DNA from: Gammaproteobacteria bacterium
GTDB taxonomy: Bacteria > Pseudomonadota > Gammaproteobacteria > Magnimaribacterales > TMED112
Length of the DNA: 41,906 nt
Assembly (NCBI GenBank): GCA_002684055.1
Contig: NYUL01000064.1
Location: 1 to 41,906 of the forward strand
Direction of reading: 5' to 3'
Both the position numbers and the translations under genes were made by a program. The notes under the pieces are model-generated. The model ran no database searches. It was not told the origin of the DNA and saw only the letters and a program-made list of their open reading frames with translations. Of the stretch, positions 1-9,166 are shown piece by piece (positions within the stretch are counted from its first letter, which is position 1; the number at the start of each line of letters is the position of its first letter).

Positions 1-203
1 GCCTTACCACTGTAGTAGTTGTACCTCTCTAACCTAGTTTTTGCTAGGGTGTCATTACATTTAGTTCTTAATAATTTAATTGTAGTATACAGTGTGTAAT
101 ACTTTTGGTGTAGCTGTGGTATTTTTAGAGATTCGTCATGAAGATTATCTATATCAATCTTAGAATCTGCTTCCCACATTTCTTGGATTTTTTCTAAATT
201 CAT
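1..203 (-). CDS. uvsY: UvsY-like recombination mediator, 5' part only (gene runs off the window start)
   Basis: Not in the ORF track because it is truncated by the window edge. The ATG at 203-201 overlaps the TAA of the upstream gene (TAATG). My translation is MNLEKIQEMWEADSKIDIDNLHDESLKIPQLHQKYYTLYTTIKLLRTKCNDTLAKTRLERYNYYSGK... This lines up with the T4 UvsY N-terminus as I recall it (MRLEDLQEEL...ALKARLDYYSGRG). It also sits after g3, as in T4-like cyanophages. Confidence 0.65.
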   Translation of the reverse strand, partial: MNLEKIQEMWEADSKIDIDNLHDESLKIPQLHQKYYTLYTTIKLLRTKCNDTLAKTRLERYNYYSGK

Positions 204-784
204 TAAAACCTTGGAGAATCAACATAATCAGGTGACAAAACTTTACCATTTTTGCCTAATATTTGCATATATGTAAATGCAAATGTAGCATTGGCGGTAA
301 AGTAATTAACATCAGTATCTGTGGCAGTAAAGTCCATAGAAGATAATGAGGTTGGAAATATGTCCCAAAATTTAATTTGGGCAATTACATTGTAATTGCT
401 ATTGAGTATTTGGAGTGATGCATCACTATACTGCAACTCCATATCCCTACCCCCATCTCTACCGGTAGTGATGTCTAAAAACTGCTCACAAGATTCTGGG
501 AAACCTAAACCAGTAATCCAATTATGTATTAAAGTGTAATTTATCATATCCTCATCAATGAGGAACTGTATAGGTAACTCACCATACTCAACTCTATCTC
601 CTGGTTGAGCTAATGCCTTTAAGTAATTTGATTGATTCGCAATACCTAAGCTAATTTGAGGCAATGCAGCAGTATTCGCAAAGAAACTTACTTTGGGAAA
701 CCTAGCAATAGAAAAATCAAATCCAAGAGGACTCATGTAATTTCTATTCTCTAGCTGCTTATAATAAATGTCAGACACAGGCAA
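203..784 (-). CDS. g3: tail completion / sheath stabilizer protein (T4 gp3 position; tail-tube-family flavour)
   Basis: 193-aa ORF between g23 and uvsY, the slot g3 occupies in T4-like cyanophages (recollection). FDFSIARFPKVSFFANTAALPQISLG resembles the g19 segment FLVKAAALPASNITPIDVPF in this window. The start is non-ATG: TTG at 784-782, with GTG at 778-776 as an alternative. There is an in-frame stop at 809-811. Confidence 0.6.
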   Translation of the reverse strand: MPVSDIYYKQLENRNYMSPLGFDFSIARFPKVSFFANTAALPQISLGIANQSNYLKALAQPGDRVEYGELPIQFLIDEDMINYTLIHNWITGLGFPESCEQFLDITTGRDGGRDMELQYSDASLQILNSNYNVIAQIKFWDIFPTSLSSMDFTATDTDVNYFTANATFAFTYMQILGKNGKVLSPDYVDSPRF

Positions 785-818
785 ATGATATAATAGACCG
801 TGTACTATTTAGAGGCAT

Positions 819-845
819 AAAAAAGGAGCCCCTTTCGGAGCCCCC
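819..845 (-). terminator. rho-independent terminator downstream of g23
   Basis: Minus-sense RNA is GGGGCUCC-GAAA-GGGGCUCC followed by U6. This gives an 8-bp stem (two G-U pairs) with a GNRA loop. The G-U pairs become C-A mismatches in plus sense, so the hairpin is strand-specific. It lies 36 nt after the g23 stop (881). Confidence 0.6.
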
Positions 846-880
846 TTATTACTGTGAAGATTAACTCGTCGGAGTTCAAA

Positions 881-2302
881 TCACATTAGGTTCTTGACCT
901 GTACACGGCGGTAGTAGACGTTCGTGTTAACAGCGAGACGACCTAGACCTTGATCAAGTCCTTCTGCGAAGGGGTTAGCGACCATGCCGTAGCGGGTCTT
1001 AAAGCCGATACGAGGCTGGAAGCTGTCCTGACCAACTGCACGAACCATCTGGAGAGGCACGTAAGGGCAGTAGAAGAGTCCTGCGTCATAAGGTGAACTA
1101 CCTTTGTAGCCCATAACGTAGTACTGCTGTGAGGAAACGTTAGCAGCATAAGGATCGATATAGACCTTGTACTTACCTTGTAGAACACCAGCGAATAGGT
1201 TGCCTGTGTCGTCAACGTTAAGGTTGGCGTTAAGAGCAGGGGTGTAATCAAGTACACCAGCCATTGTTAGAGCGGAAGCAACGTCTGCAGAACAGATGAT
1301 GATATTGCCCTTCCCACGACGTGTCTGCTCGGCGATTGCGTTAGCGTCTCTTTCGATTTGGAAGATAAGTCCTTTGAACTTCTCAACAGACCAACGACAG
1401 TTGGAGTCAACGTCAAGGTCAAATACGCCAGCTTGAGCAACGTTAGCTTGAGCACCAGGAACAGCAGTTTTGTATACTGTACGGATGACTTCTCTGTTGA
1501 TTTCAGCCAAGATCTCTGAAGAGAGGATATTAGCTAGTTCAGCTTCAGCATTTAGACCGTGGATAGCCTTAAGGTCTTGTGCTAGCTCCATGCTGTACTG
1601 AGCCTTGAGTGCGCGACTCTTAGCAGTAACAGTTAGCTTCTCGATTGAGAAACCCATTTCGCGGAAAGCAGGACCACCATCGGTTCCAAGTGCTTCAGCT
1701 TCGTTTGTAGCCATGCCCTGACCCACGTTGTAACCGACTTGATCGCCGGGTAGGGGGTTAAGGATTGCTGGGTTAGATCCACTCTGTGAAGTGGTTCCTA
1801 GACCAACAGCAGGACCTTCATCGCCTGCGTTGTACTTACCCTGGAGGTTAGAAGGCTGACCAGAGTAGGCAGAGTTTGCTTCATCGTAGAAGGCTTCAGG
1901 ACCAGCTTGACCTTCGTAGCGTGAACGCATTGCGAAGATTAGACCTGTAGGACCGTTCATTGGCTGAACGCCGCAGATGTCATATGCCATTAGGTTAGGC
2001 ATTGAACGACGGATTAGGCTGACTAGTACTGGATCGAAACCAGCAACAGCGCCACTAGCGTTTGCGTTACCAGAGAAACCTGCAGTATCTGCACCAGCGC
2101 CAGGAGGCGCGAGTGGGTTATTTGACTGGGTTGTGATTGGATTTTCGGAGAGGAAGCTACGCTCTTCTTGAAGGGCGATTGCTTGGTTCTCTAGGAGTTG
2201 TGCGGTTACTGCACGCTTGTGAGCGTCCTGAATACCTTCTCCGTGCTCTAGAACAGGAGCCCACTTCTCCATGAGCTGTTCTGCGTTAGCATTGTTATAC
2301 AT
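881..2302 (-). CDS. g23: major capsid protein (T4 gp23 family)
   Basis: 473-aa ORF directly after the scaffold gene. Its length, position and sequence character match gp23-family major capsid proteins. It is visibly GC-richer than its neighbours, consistent with a very highly expressed gene. Confidence 0.93.
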   Translation of the reverse strand: MYNNANAEQLMEKWAPVLEHGEGIQDAHKRAVTAQLLENQAIALQEERSFLSENPITTQSNNPLAPPGAGADTAGFSGNANASGAVAGFDPVLVSLIRRSMPNLMAYDICGVQPMNGPTGLIFAMRSRYEGQAGPEAFYDEANSAYSGQPSNLQGKYNAGDEGPAVGLGTTSQSGSNPAILNPLPGDQVGYNVGQGMATNEAEALGTDGGPAFREMGFSIEKLTVTAKSRALKAQYSMELAQDLKAIHGLNAEAELANILSSEILAEINREVIRTVYKTAVPGAQANVAQAGVFDLDVDSNCRWSVEKFKGLIFQIERDANAIAEQTRRGKGNIIICSADVASALTMAGVLDYTPALNANLNVDDTGNLFAGVLQGKYKVYIDPYAANVSSQQYYVMGYKGSSPYDAGLFYCPYVPLQMVRAVGQDSFQPRIGFKTRYGMVANPFAEGLDQGLGRLAVNTNVYYRRVQVKNLM

Positions 2303-2358
2303 TAGTTAAAACCTTTATTTGGTAAAGAATTGTTAGTTTGATCTTAATAATTTAAAAA

Positions 2359-3498
2359 TCACTTAGAAAATCTGTCGAGCTGTTCTACTAGTGAAGCCAT
2401 TTGAGCGGATAACTCAGGTGCTGCTTCATAAGTACCAACTGATTCAGTTAGATCCTCGACGCTGTTTCTTGCGGTCACACTAGCAGTGCTCAAAGAGAAA
2501 TAGCTCTCTTTTAGTGACTCTAGTTTTTCGCGATAACCTGTTTCACTATCAAACTCAACGTTCTCAGCCAAAGCTGCGAGCTTATCTTTTTGGGTCTCAG
2601 CGAGACCTTCAGATACATCGGCGAGAATGGTCTCAGAAACAGCACCACTTAGGCGGCTGTTAAGAGCTACATTACGCTCAATCTGCTCATTGAGGTTTGA
2701 TTCCATTTCATCAAGTCTTTCAACCATGGACTCAACAACATCGAAACGCTCTTCAGGTACAGAGACATAATGCTCTGAGAAGAGTGAATGCATTCCCTGG
2801 AGGAAGCTTTCAGTCATTTCGGTGCGTAGACCATGTTCGACGGCAATGGCATTTTCAGCCATCCACTCGTCAGCTACGTACTCTAGGTAAGCGTCTACAC
2901 GCTCACTTAGGCTGGTGCGAATAGTAGCTAGCTCTTCAGTTAGCTTCTCTTCATATGCATCCTGTAGATCTTCTTTGACAATAGCAACCTTGTTACGGAT
3001 GGCAGCTTCAAAGATGACGCGAGCTTTGCTCTGGAACTCTTCAGAGAGTTCTTCGCCACTTAGAAGTGCATTAACGTCTTCTTCAATATCTAGTTCAGCC
3101 ATAGCGATATCACTAGAAGTGATTTCTTCTACAACTTCACCTTCAGTCTCGATCTCTTCCTTGCGGGTTTGACCGGGAACTACAGAAGCGGGTACTTTTT
3201 CGGCTTGTGAACCGGCGGGGGGAGCATCAGTAGTACCACCAGAATTGCTTCCGGGAACTACGTCAGCGTCTACCTTTTCCATACCTTGAGCTGGTTTAGC
3301 GCCTTTATTTACCACATCCCTAACTTGCTTAAGGGGTAAAGAGGCATCTCTGAGCTTGGCAGGACCATCTGGCTCATTAGTATAGTTCTCGGGGGTTGGA
3401 CCACCGAGATCTTCGATTGTTTGTCCGGGAACTACGCTGGTCGGAACCTTTTCCATTGGTTCAGCAGCCTTAGCACCTTTCGTTACTACGTTTTCCAT
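2359..3498 (-). CDS. g22: prohead core scaffold protein (T4 gp22-like)
   Basis: 379-aa acidic protein between g21 and g23. Its C-terminal half looks like a long helical/coiled-coil region (EELSEEFQSKARVIFEAAIRNKVAIVKEDLQDAYEEKLTEEL...). The N-terminus carries internal repeats (see findings). Confidence 0.8.
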   Translation of the reverse strand: MENVVTKGAKAAEPMEKVPTSVVPGQTIEDLGGPTPENYTNEPDGPAKLRDASLPLKQVRDVVNKGAKPAQGMEKVDADVVPGSNSGGTTDAPPAGSQAEKVPASVVPGQTRKEEIETEGEVVEEITSSDIAMAELDIEEDVNALLSGEELSEEFQSKARVIFEAAIRNKVAIVKEDLQDAYEEKLTEELATIRTSLSERVDAYLEYVADEWMAENAIAVEHGLRTEMTESFLQGMHSLFSEHYVSVPEERFDVVESMVERLDEMESNLNEQIERNVALNSRLSGAVSETILADVSEGLAETQKDKLAALAENVEFDSETGYREKLESLKESYFSLSTASVTARNSVEDLTESVGTYEAAPELSAQMASLVEQLDRFSK

Positions 3499-3558
3499 GT
3501 CTTGTAAAAATTAGTTGCTACCGACGAGTAAATTGATTTAACAGTATAAATCTATAGT

Positions 3559-3566
3559 TATTTATA
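3559..3566 (-). promoter_or_regulatory. T4-type late promoter motif TATAAATA upstream of g22-g23
   Basis: Plus-strand tatttata equals minus-sense TATAAATA. It lies in the 72-nt g21/g22 intergenic gap, 61 nt upstream of the g22 ATG (3498). Confidence 0.5.
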
Positions 3567-3570
3567 AGAT

Positions 3571-4221
3571 TTATAGACTGAAGAAAAAATCAGTGAAAAG
3601 ATTTAATTTCTTTTCCTGTAATTCTCTTGATGTCACTAGTTTATTTATAGTAGACCTAGCGTCCTCTACTTGCTGCTCTTTTAGGATTCCTCCACACATA
3701 ACCCACTCTTTTCCTTCCATAATTCCCTGGACAAAAGCATCAGGGGCACTAGGATCAGCTACAATATCAGCAGCAGTGGAGAGCATAAAGTCTTCTCCAA
3801 CTAACTTGTAACCTTCTTTAGTCTCGGTTAATGAACCAATACCACGAGAAGAAACACCTAAGGTTACACCTTCACCGACCAAGCTTTTGGCAATCTTGCC
3901 CATAGGGGTTTCAAGTAGCTTTGCTTTACCGATAAAGTTATTTCCTTCTTGAGTAAGTGAAATAATTTTATGTGAAACACGGTCTAGGTTTACAGTAGGT
4001 CCGTCAGGATGACCCAGTTCTCCTAGAGCACGACCATTATTTACATACTGTTCGTTATAGCGACCAACTTCACGTGCTAAAGTATCGGTCTTATAGACAC
4101 GACCATTGCGGTTCTTTTGGTTGCCTTGAAGGAAAATACCCTCGATGAACATAGATTTTTTACCGTTAATTTCCTCAACGATAAACTCAACTGAGTTAAT
4201 TTCTTCTGTAATTAGTTTCAT
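3571..4221 (-). CDS. g21: prohead core protease (T4 gp21)
   Basis: 216 aa. FIEGIFLQGNQKNRNGRVY, ALGELGHP, GVSSRGIGSLTETKEGYKLV and ADPSAPDAFV align with T4 gp21 (YIEGIFMQAEVVNRNKRLY, ALGELNHP, GVSSRGLGSLTDTNEGYRIV, WGPSAPDAWV) as I recall it. Confidence 0.92.
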   Translation of the reverse strand: MKLITEEINSVEFIVEEINGKKSMFIEGIFLQGNQKNRNGRVYKTDTLAREVGRYNEQYVNNGRALGELGHPDGPTVNLDRVSHKIISLTQEGNNFIGKAKLLETPMGKIAKSLVGEGVTLGVSSRGIGSLTETKEGYKLVGEDFMLSTAADIVADPSAPDAFVQGIMEGKEWVMCGGILKEQQVEDARSTINKLVTSRELQEKKLNLFTDFFFSL

Positions 4222-4263
4222 CTTAGTAGTGCTTTCTCTAGTTATGTGTAATTGCTGACAAGA

Positions 4264-4434
4264 TCAGCCTTGATCTTCACCTCCCTCTTCACCTTGAAAT
4301 AGGTTAGAGGCAGCGACTTGACGGAAATCATCAATTCTTTCACTACTTTTTGCGAAAAGAATATCTTTGATTTCTTGGGTTACTTCAGAAGGCGAAGAGC
4401 CTGATGCAATAGCATCAATAATGTTTGAGGACAT
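4264..4434 (-). CDS. small prohead-core-like protein (gp67/gp68 position)
   Basis: The track ORF (4264..4449) starts at TTG. I trimmed it to the ATG at 4434 (MSSNIIDAIASGSSPSEVTQEIKDILFAKSSERIDDFRQVAASNLF...). It sits between g20 and g21, where T4 has the small core proteins gp67/gp68. It is helical with an acidic C-terminus. Confidence 0.5.
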   Translation of the reverse strand: MSSNIIDAIASGSSPSEVTQEIKDILFAKSSERIDDFRQVAASNLFQGEEGGEDQG

Positions 4435-4469
4435 AATAAAAAAAACCAAGTTAAAGTTATTTAGTAAGA

Positions 4470-6188
4470 TTAAAATTCACCTTCACCTGATTTAGGTTTT
4501 AGAATTACGTTTGGATCTGTAGGTACAATACCAGCGGCACCATCAATTGCAGTTTGATCCATAGTAGCTGCTCCTTCATCAGCCATAGGTTCTCCGCTAG
4601 CAGCAGGTAGTGGCTCACCTGTGATTGGATCTAGAGTTGATGGATCTGGGATAGTACCATCAGCAATCTCTTTTTCAATGAGTTTATCTTGCTCTTGCAT
4701 CTCACCATCAGTCTGGCGAAGAATTTTATTGCGGACAAATTCTTGTGAATAATACTTACCAATATAAGGTTCTGCTTGAGCTAATAGATTTAGACGCTCT
4801 TGGAAGAGTTCTGTTTCTTTTAGTTCAGCAAAGTGATTGTCATATAGGAAATCATACTGAATATTATCCTTGATACCTTCCCAATCATCTGGGGTAATAA
4901 CATTTTTTAGGATAAGTTGAGTTTTTAGTATATCACTGAATAAACCAGCAAAACGCTTGCGAAGGCGAGCAACGAACTTGGAAAATTTTACCTCGTCTCG
5001 TAAAATCTCACTAGAACGTCCCATATTGAAACCTTCATTACCGCCTGGTTGGCGTGAAGCAGGAACTCCAAGAGCTGCGTATAATTTGTTACGGAAATAC
5101 TCTAGGTCAGTGATCTCACCTAGGTTTTGACCCCCAGGTAGAGTTGAAATTTCTGTTCCACGACCACCTTCACGGCGAGGGAGCCAGAAATCTTCCAACA
5201 TTGACATCACTTTCTTATCATTCTTCATCTCACCAGTCTGTGCGTTATAAGTTAGTTTATTCCTATAACGACTCATTACTTGCTGTAGATATTGTTCTGC
5301 CTTTACTTTCGGCAAGTTACCTACATCAATATAAAAAATACGACGTTCTGGTGCGCGAGATAAACGATAGATTACAATCGCATCCTCAATCATTTTTAGC
5401 TGATTTACTGCTTTAATTGCTTTATGTAACCAAGATAGAACTGTTTGATCATTTCTATTGACCAGACCCGAATTGCAGTAAGCAATAGAATCTTTAGCAA
5501 TTTTTATGGATGAGGTTGAACCACTCCCATAACCTGTTATGGTATTAGCTCCAGGTGTATAAACATAATACTCATCAATATCTTGACTGAAAATATTATT
5601 ACGCCCTAATGGATTTCGACCACCAATATTATTTTTGGTTAGGACTTGGGAAGCCAACTCGTTAGTTGCTGCTTTATCACTAAGTTTGCGAACAAACTTG
5701 ATCTTCATAGGATCAACATAACGCAAATCCATAATCCCATCTTGTGGCTTCTCAAAGTCAATAACCTTGAGAAAATGCATTCTCCCATCAATGTACCAAT
5801 TACGAAAAATTTCGTGGGATCGCTTATCAAAGTCCAATAGTTCTTTGATGTACTTAAACTCCTCACGTATAATATTTTTTACTTTATCGCTAGCATTGAC
5901 ATTGCTCAATTCAACCTGAACAGGTGATTCATATAGATCACTGACGATTGCTTCATTAACAATGTCTTCAATAGCACTATCCACTTCTGGATATAATGCC
6001 ATCTCTCTATAGCGGCGAATTAATTCATATTCTGTCCTATAGACACCCTCAATATCAACATATGATCCCCCAAAACCACCGGAAGCAAAATATTCAACCC
6101 CATCAGAGTTGTTATCTGGAACGGGGCTGATAGATCCAGGACGTTGGACATCAGTATCTTCAATTGAAAAACCAAATAGCTTTCCCAT
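4470..6188 (-). CDS. g20: portal vertex protein (T4 gp20)
   Basis: 572 aa. FRNWYIDGRMHFLKVID, AVNQLKMIEDAIVIYRLSRAPERRIFYIDVGNLP and MLEDFWLPRREGGRGTEISTLPGG align with T4 gp20 ([75 protein letters not shown]). Confidence 0.94.
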   Translation of the reverse strand: MGKLFGFSIEDTDVQRPGSISPVPDNNSDGVEYFASGGFGGSYVDIEGVYRTEYELIRRYREMALYPEVDSAIEDIVNEAIVSDLYESPVQVELSNVNASDKVKNIIREEFKYIKELLDFDKRSHEIFRNWYIDGRMHFLKVIDFEKPQDGIMDLRYVDPMKIKFVRKLSDKAATNELASQVLTKNNIGGRNPLGRNNIFSQDIDEYYVYTPGANTITGYGSGSTSSIKIAKDSIAYCNSGLVNRNDQTVLSWLHKAIKAVNQLKMIEDAIVIYRLSRAPERRIFYIDVGNLPKVKAEQYLQQVMSRYRNKLTYNAQTGEMKNDKKVMSMLEDFWLPRREGGRGTEISTLPGGQNLGEITDLEYFRNKLYAALGVPASRQPGGNEGFNMGRSSEILRDEVKFSKFVARLRKRFAGLFSDILKTQLILKNVITPDDWEGIKDNIQYDFLYDNHFAELKETELFQERLNLLAQAEPYIGKYYSQEFVRNKILRQTDGEMQEQDKLIEKEIADGTIPDPSTLDPITGEPLPAASGEPMADEGAATMDQTAIDGAAGIVPTDPNVILKPKSGEGEF

Positions 6189-6236
6189 AATAATAAAAAT
6201 TGGGTGTATACCGTCTTACACTTATATTTAGCGCAT

Positions 6237-6262
6237 AAAAAAAGGACCCCTTTCGGGATCCC
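6237..6262 (-). terminator. rho-independent terminator downstream of g19
   Basis: Minus-sense RNA is GGGAUCCC-GAAA-GGGGUCC followed by U7. This gives a 7-8 bp stem with a GNRA loop. It lies 21 nt after the g19 stop (6283) and 49 nt before the g20 ATG (6188). Confidence 0.6.
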
Positions 6263-6282
6263 GTTTGATAATTGTGAGTGAA

Positions 6283-6879
6283 TCAGAAGATGTCCTGACC
6301 ACCTGCGTTGGGTCCAATGCCCTTAATGGCTTCCCACCACTGAACTTGCATCTCTACGGTGAACTCTTGAATGGTATCAATAGTATCGTAGTTAAGTTCG
6401 ATGGTTGAGATGTTTGTTGGGAACACATCGTGGAAGCGATAGGTGCGTAGAGTAGAACCGTCGCGGTCTAGCTGATAGACATAAGCATCAGATTGATACT
6501 CTGCGGGATCCTGTGTACCTGTAGCGTCTTCCATGCGATTCATCGTGTTCATCCAGTTCTCCATTGCGGAGCGGATTGCGAAGTCGGTGTCATTTAGGAC
6601 GGTGATTGTCCAGGTGTCGAAGGTTCTGTCGCCAGCAATCTTCAATGTACGACCACGGAAGGGGACATCAATAGGGGTGATGTTTGAAGCGGGAAGTGCC
6701 GCTGCCTTAACTAGGAAGCGTGACTTCTGTAGTGTATCTGTATCGGTAGGTGCCGAGAGTGGGAATTGTAGAACAACTTCAAATAGATTGGGGCGAGCAC
6801 CGCCACCAGTCATTTTTGCTTTAAAGTCGCTGATAGTCCTCAATACTGGGGATTCTACCTGAACTCTTGTACTTGCCAT
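6283..6879 (-). CDS. g19: tail tube protein (T4 gp19)
   Basis: 198 aa. GGARPNLFEV, LKIAGDRTFDTWTITVLND and IQEFTVEMQVQWWE align with T4 gp19 (FARPNLFQV, INVAGDRTFDDWTVTVMND, IQTFEVTLALDYWE). A strong SD (AAGGAG) lies ~8 nt upstream of the ATG. Confidence 0.94.
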   Translation of the reverse strand: MASTRVQVESPVLRTISDFKAKMTGGGARPNLFEVVLQFPLSAPTDTDTLQKSRFLVKAAALPASNITPIDVPFRGRTLKIAGDRTFDTWTITVLNDTDFAIRSAMENWMNTMNRMEDATGTQDPAEYQSDAYVYQLDRDGSTLRTYRFHDVFPTNISTIELNYDTIDTIQEFTVEMQVQWWEAIKGIGPNAGGQDIF

Positions 6880-6911
6880 TTGGGATTCTCCTTTTAGTTA
6901 GGTAGTAATAA

Positions 6912-9092
6912 TTAAACAGTGCCAACAATTTCTTCAAAACTAACACCCGTGCGAGTAGCAACGAAGGTTAGACCGATGAAGTTAATTGAACGTGTAGGCT
7001 TGACAAAGATGTCAGCAACAAACTCATTACGATCTACAACCGCAGGAGTGTTGTTTGTTTCATCACAAACCACTAGGAAGTCTGTAATTCCACGCTTCGA
7101 CTTAATATCGCGAAGGAATGGCTCAACCGTATTAACGAAGTTGGTACGTGTGACCTCATCGTTGAATTCAAATAGCTGGTTGTTAGCAGCAGCAGAGATA
7201 GCATCTTCAATGTAGATGAACAAACGGCGAACGTTGATTCTATCAAATGAGGAGCTATTTGCTAGTCCAGTCTTATCACCGAATAGGGTGATACCACCAA
7301 CATCATTAGAGAAAATTACTGGGTTAATGCGAGCAGAGTATAATCTGTCACGTTGAATTTGGGTTGGGTTGTATGCTAAGCGGGTTCCATTGAGGATAGC
7401 GCCACGAGTTGTACCAGCAGGAGAGAACCAAGGGAACGCAATCTGGTCAGTACGAGCACAGCATCCAGCGATGTCTCCATTAAGAGGAACATAACGGAAC
7501 TTGTCTGCGAAACGATCATACATGTACTTGTATCCAGTGTCGAATACAACGAATGATGATGAAGCAACTGTACTATAGAAACTGATTATATTACTAGTAA
7601 TAATTTCAGAATCAATACTCACTTGAGCTCCAGCGGAGCTATCTGTAATTTGAGAAGAGCGATATGGGCTAATGAAAGCCATTGCATCTTTGCGTTGCTC
7701 GGCGATAGAAACAAGCTTATTTGCTAGTGACTGTGCTTCGGCTTCGCCATATGCGGCTGAACCCATTAGTAGGAAGTCAACATTGGTTTCGTCATTAGAC
7801 TCAAAGTTGTCATATCCTACCGCAATGTCACCAACACTAACTTGTAGTGCTCCAACTTGCTCAATATCAATTCCCCCATCGTAGTTTTTGCCGTTCTCTA
7901 GGATTAGTTGTAGATTTCCACAGCTAAGGAACTTGGTGTTACGAACTTGGCTATCCCAAGCACCACCAACATCAGGGATGAATGTACCATCAACGAAAGC
8001 AGTAGGTACAGTTTGTGCAGGTTGAGATCCGCCGAAGATATAACGGGATGTGTTTACTAGGAACTTTCTCCAATAAGAAGGAGTGCCTACAGAGAATTCT
8101 GCGTCTCTACCTTTAGAAATACCGATGCTCTTCTCTAGAATAGTTCCCGCGTTTCCAGTTACTTCTCCAGTAGCATCAAAGATGACAATATGCATCTCAT
8201 CGAAACGAGAGTTGCGACTACGTGCATACTCTGTTGTGGTGGGACGATTTGTTAGTGTGTTCCAGGGAAGTTCTACTCTTCCACTCTGCAATGAGACGGT
8301 CTGATCATCAAACCAATCTCTTGGAATGATTGTGTTACTAAGAGTAGTAACAACACCTACTTGATCGCGGATAGTAAAATCGCTACCAACATAAGACCAA
8401 GTACCACCTTGCTGATACTCAACTTCTATCTCTGATCCACCTGTCGGAGTAAATGATAGAATTTTTACTTCTAAGCTGTAGTCGGTGGCTGTTGAGGTTA
8501 TGCCAGTGATAATACCCTTAAGCTCACCATCAACCAAGCTAGTTGTTCCTGCGCCTGCAGCAACTTTACTAATTTGTTGAGTAACTCCTTGACCTTGAAG
8601 TAGTGTGGCTCCATTGAGAGTAGAAATTCCAGTAAAAGTCTGATCTGCTCTACCATCAATAAAAGCAACTTTTACACCGTTAGCCCAAGAACCTGGGTTT
8701 CTAGCAACGACGGTGTATCCAGGTATCGTATTTTCATCATATCCAAGAGCCTCATAATCTTCTAGACTCTTAATTTTAATATCAGTTGTAGCTACACCTG
8801 CGTAGCTATTTTCAATTTTTGCGTTGTCAGAACGCACAACCTGCATAATACCACCATATGAAAGGTATGACGCAATTGTTAGCCAACCTTCATACTGCCT
8901 ATCAGTAGAAGATGGTTGACCGAAAACATCAAGTAGTTCATTTTCGCTGGCAATTAATACAGGCTCATCAACAGGTCCCCTGGCGAAGGGGGCAACAATT
9001 GCGCCGGTTTTATCAGATGAAGTTTGTACTTGACCTAGAGTTAGGTCAACTTCTCTGACTAAAACACCGGGCGATGCTAAGTTTACAGGCAT
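6912..9092 (-). CDS. g18: contractile tail sheath protein (T4 gp18)
   Basis: 726 aa. The C-terminal third aligns closely with T4 gp18. FDRINVRRLF is identical, VVCDETNNTPAVVDRNEFVADIFVKPTRSINFIGLTFVAT matches VVCDTTNNTPSVIDRNEFVATFYIQPARSINYITLNFVAT, and DIAGCCARTD matches DIAGLCARTD. Confidence 0.95.
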   Translation of the reverse strand: MPVNLASPGVLVREVDLTLGQVQTSSDKTGAIVAPFARGPVDEPVLIASENELLDVFGQPSSTDRQYEGWLTIASYLSYGGIMQVVRSDNAKIENSYAGVATTDIKIKSLEDYEALGYDENTIPGYTVVARNPGSWANGVKVAFIDGRADQTFTGISTLNGATLLQGQGVTQQISKVAAGAGTTSLVDGELKGIITGITSTATDYSLEVKILSFTPTGGSEIEVEYQQGGTWSYVGSDFTIRDQVGVVTTLSNTIIPRDWFDDQTVSLQSGRVELPWNTLTNRPTTTEYARSRNSRFDEMHIVIFDATGEVTGNAGTILEKSIGISKGRDAEFSVGTPSYWRKFLVNTSRYIFGGSQPAQTVPTAFVDGTFIPDVGGAWDSQVRNTKFLSCGNLQLILENGKNYDGGIDIEQVGALQVSVGDIAVGYDNFESNDETNVDFLLMGSAAYGEAEAQSLANKLVSIAEQRKDAMAFISPYRSSQITDSSAGAQVSIDSEIITSNIISFYSTVASSSFVVFDTGYKYMYDRFADKFRYVPLNGDIAGCCARTDQIAFPWFSPAGTTRGAILNGTRLAYNPTQIQRDRLYSARINPVIFSNDVGGITLFGDKTGLANSSSFDRINVRRLFIYIEDAISAAANNQLFEFNDEVTRTNFVNTVEPFLRDIKSKRGITDFLVVCDETNNTPAVVDRNEFVADIFVKPTRSINFIGLTFVATRTGVSFEEIVGTV

Positions 9093-9132
9093 CTTTGGGG
9101 TCTCCCTATGAAAGTCCGAAATAATCTAAAAA

Positions 9133-9140
9133 TATTTATA
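9133..9140 (-). promoter_or_regulatory. T4-type late promoter motif TATAAATA upstream of g18-g19
   Basis: Plus tatttata lies in the 74-nt g17/g18 gap, 41 nt upstream of the g18 ATG (9092). Confidence 0.5.
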
Positions 9141-9166
9141 AAAAAACACATTTAGACCCCCCTTTT

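Noticed and set aside
943-1257. Minus-strand alternate-frame ORFs nested inside long genes (943..1257, 1267..1455, 7376..7567, 12424..12624, 13576..13782, 16613..16816, 36444..36767, 35760..36026 and others)
   Set aside because: They are short and embedded out of frame in genes with strong homology-based support. Their compositions are leucine- or serine-rich, typical of off-frame translation. None has independent signals.
881-3498. Visibly higher GC in g23/g22 (also in g19 and parts of g18) as a possible horizontally acquired island
   Set aside because: These are the core, highest-copy virion genes in canonical T4 order. The skew is better explained by expression-linked codon usage than by foreign origin. 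I did not compute GC values.
4435-4449. TTG-initiated 5-codon N-terminal extension (MVFFI) of the small ORF between g20 and g21
   Set aside because: An ATG at 4434 gives a sensible N-terminus (MSSNIIDAI...). The extension consists only of hydrophobic residues read from the A-rich spacer.
6189-6236. CTAAATATAAG upstream of g20 as a late promoter
   Set aside because: It does not match TATAAATA/NATAAATA because the bases are transposed. I did not want to relax the motif in an AT-rich genome.
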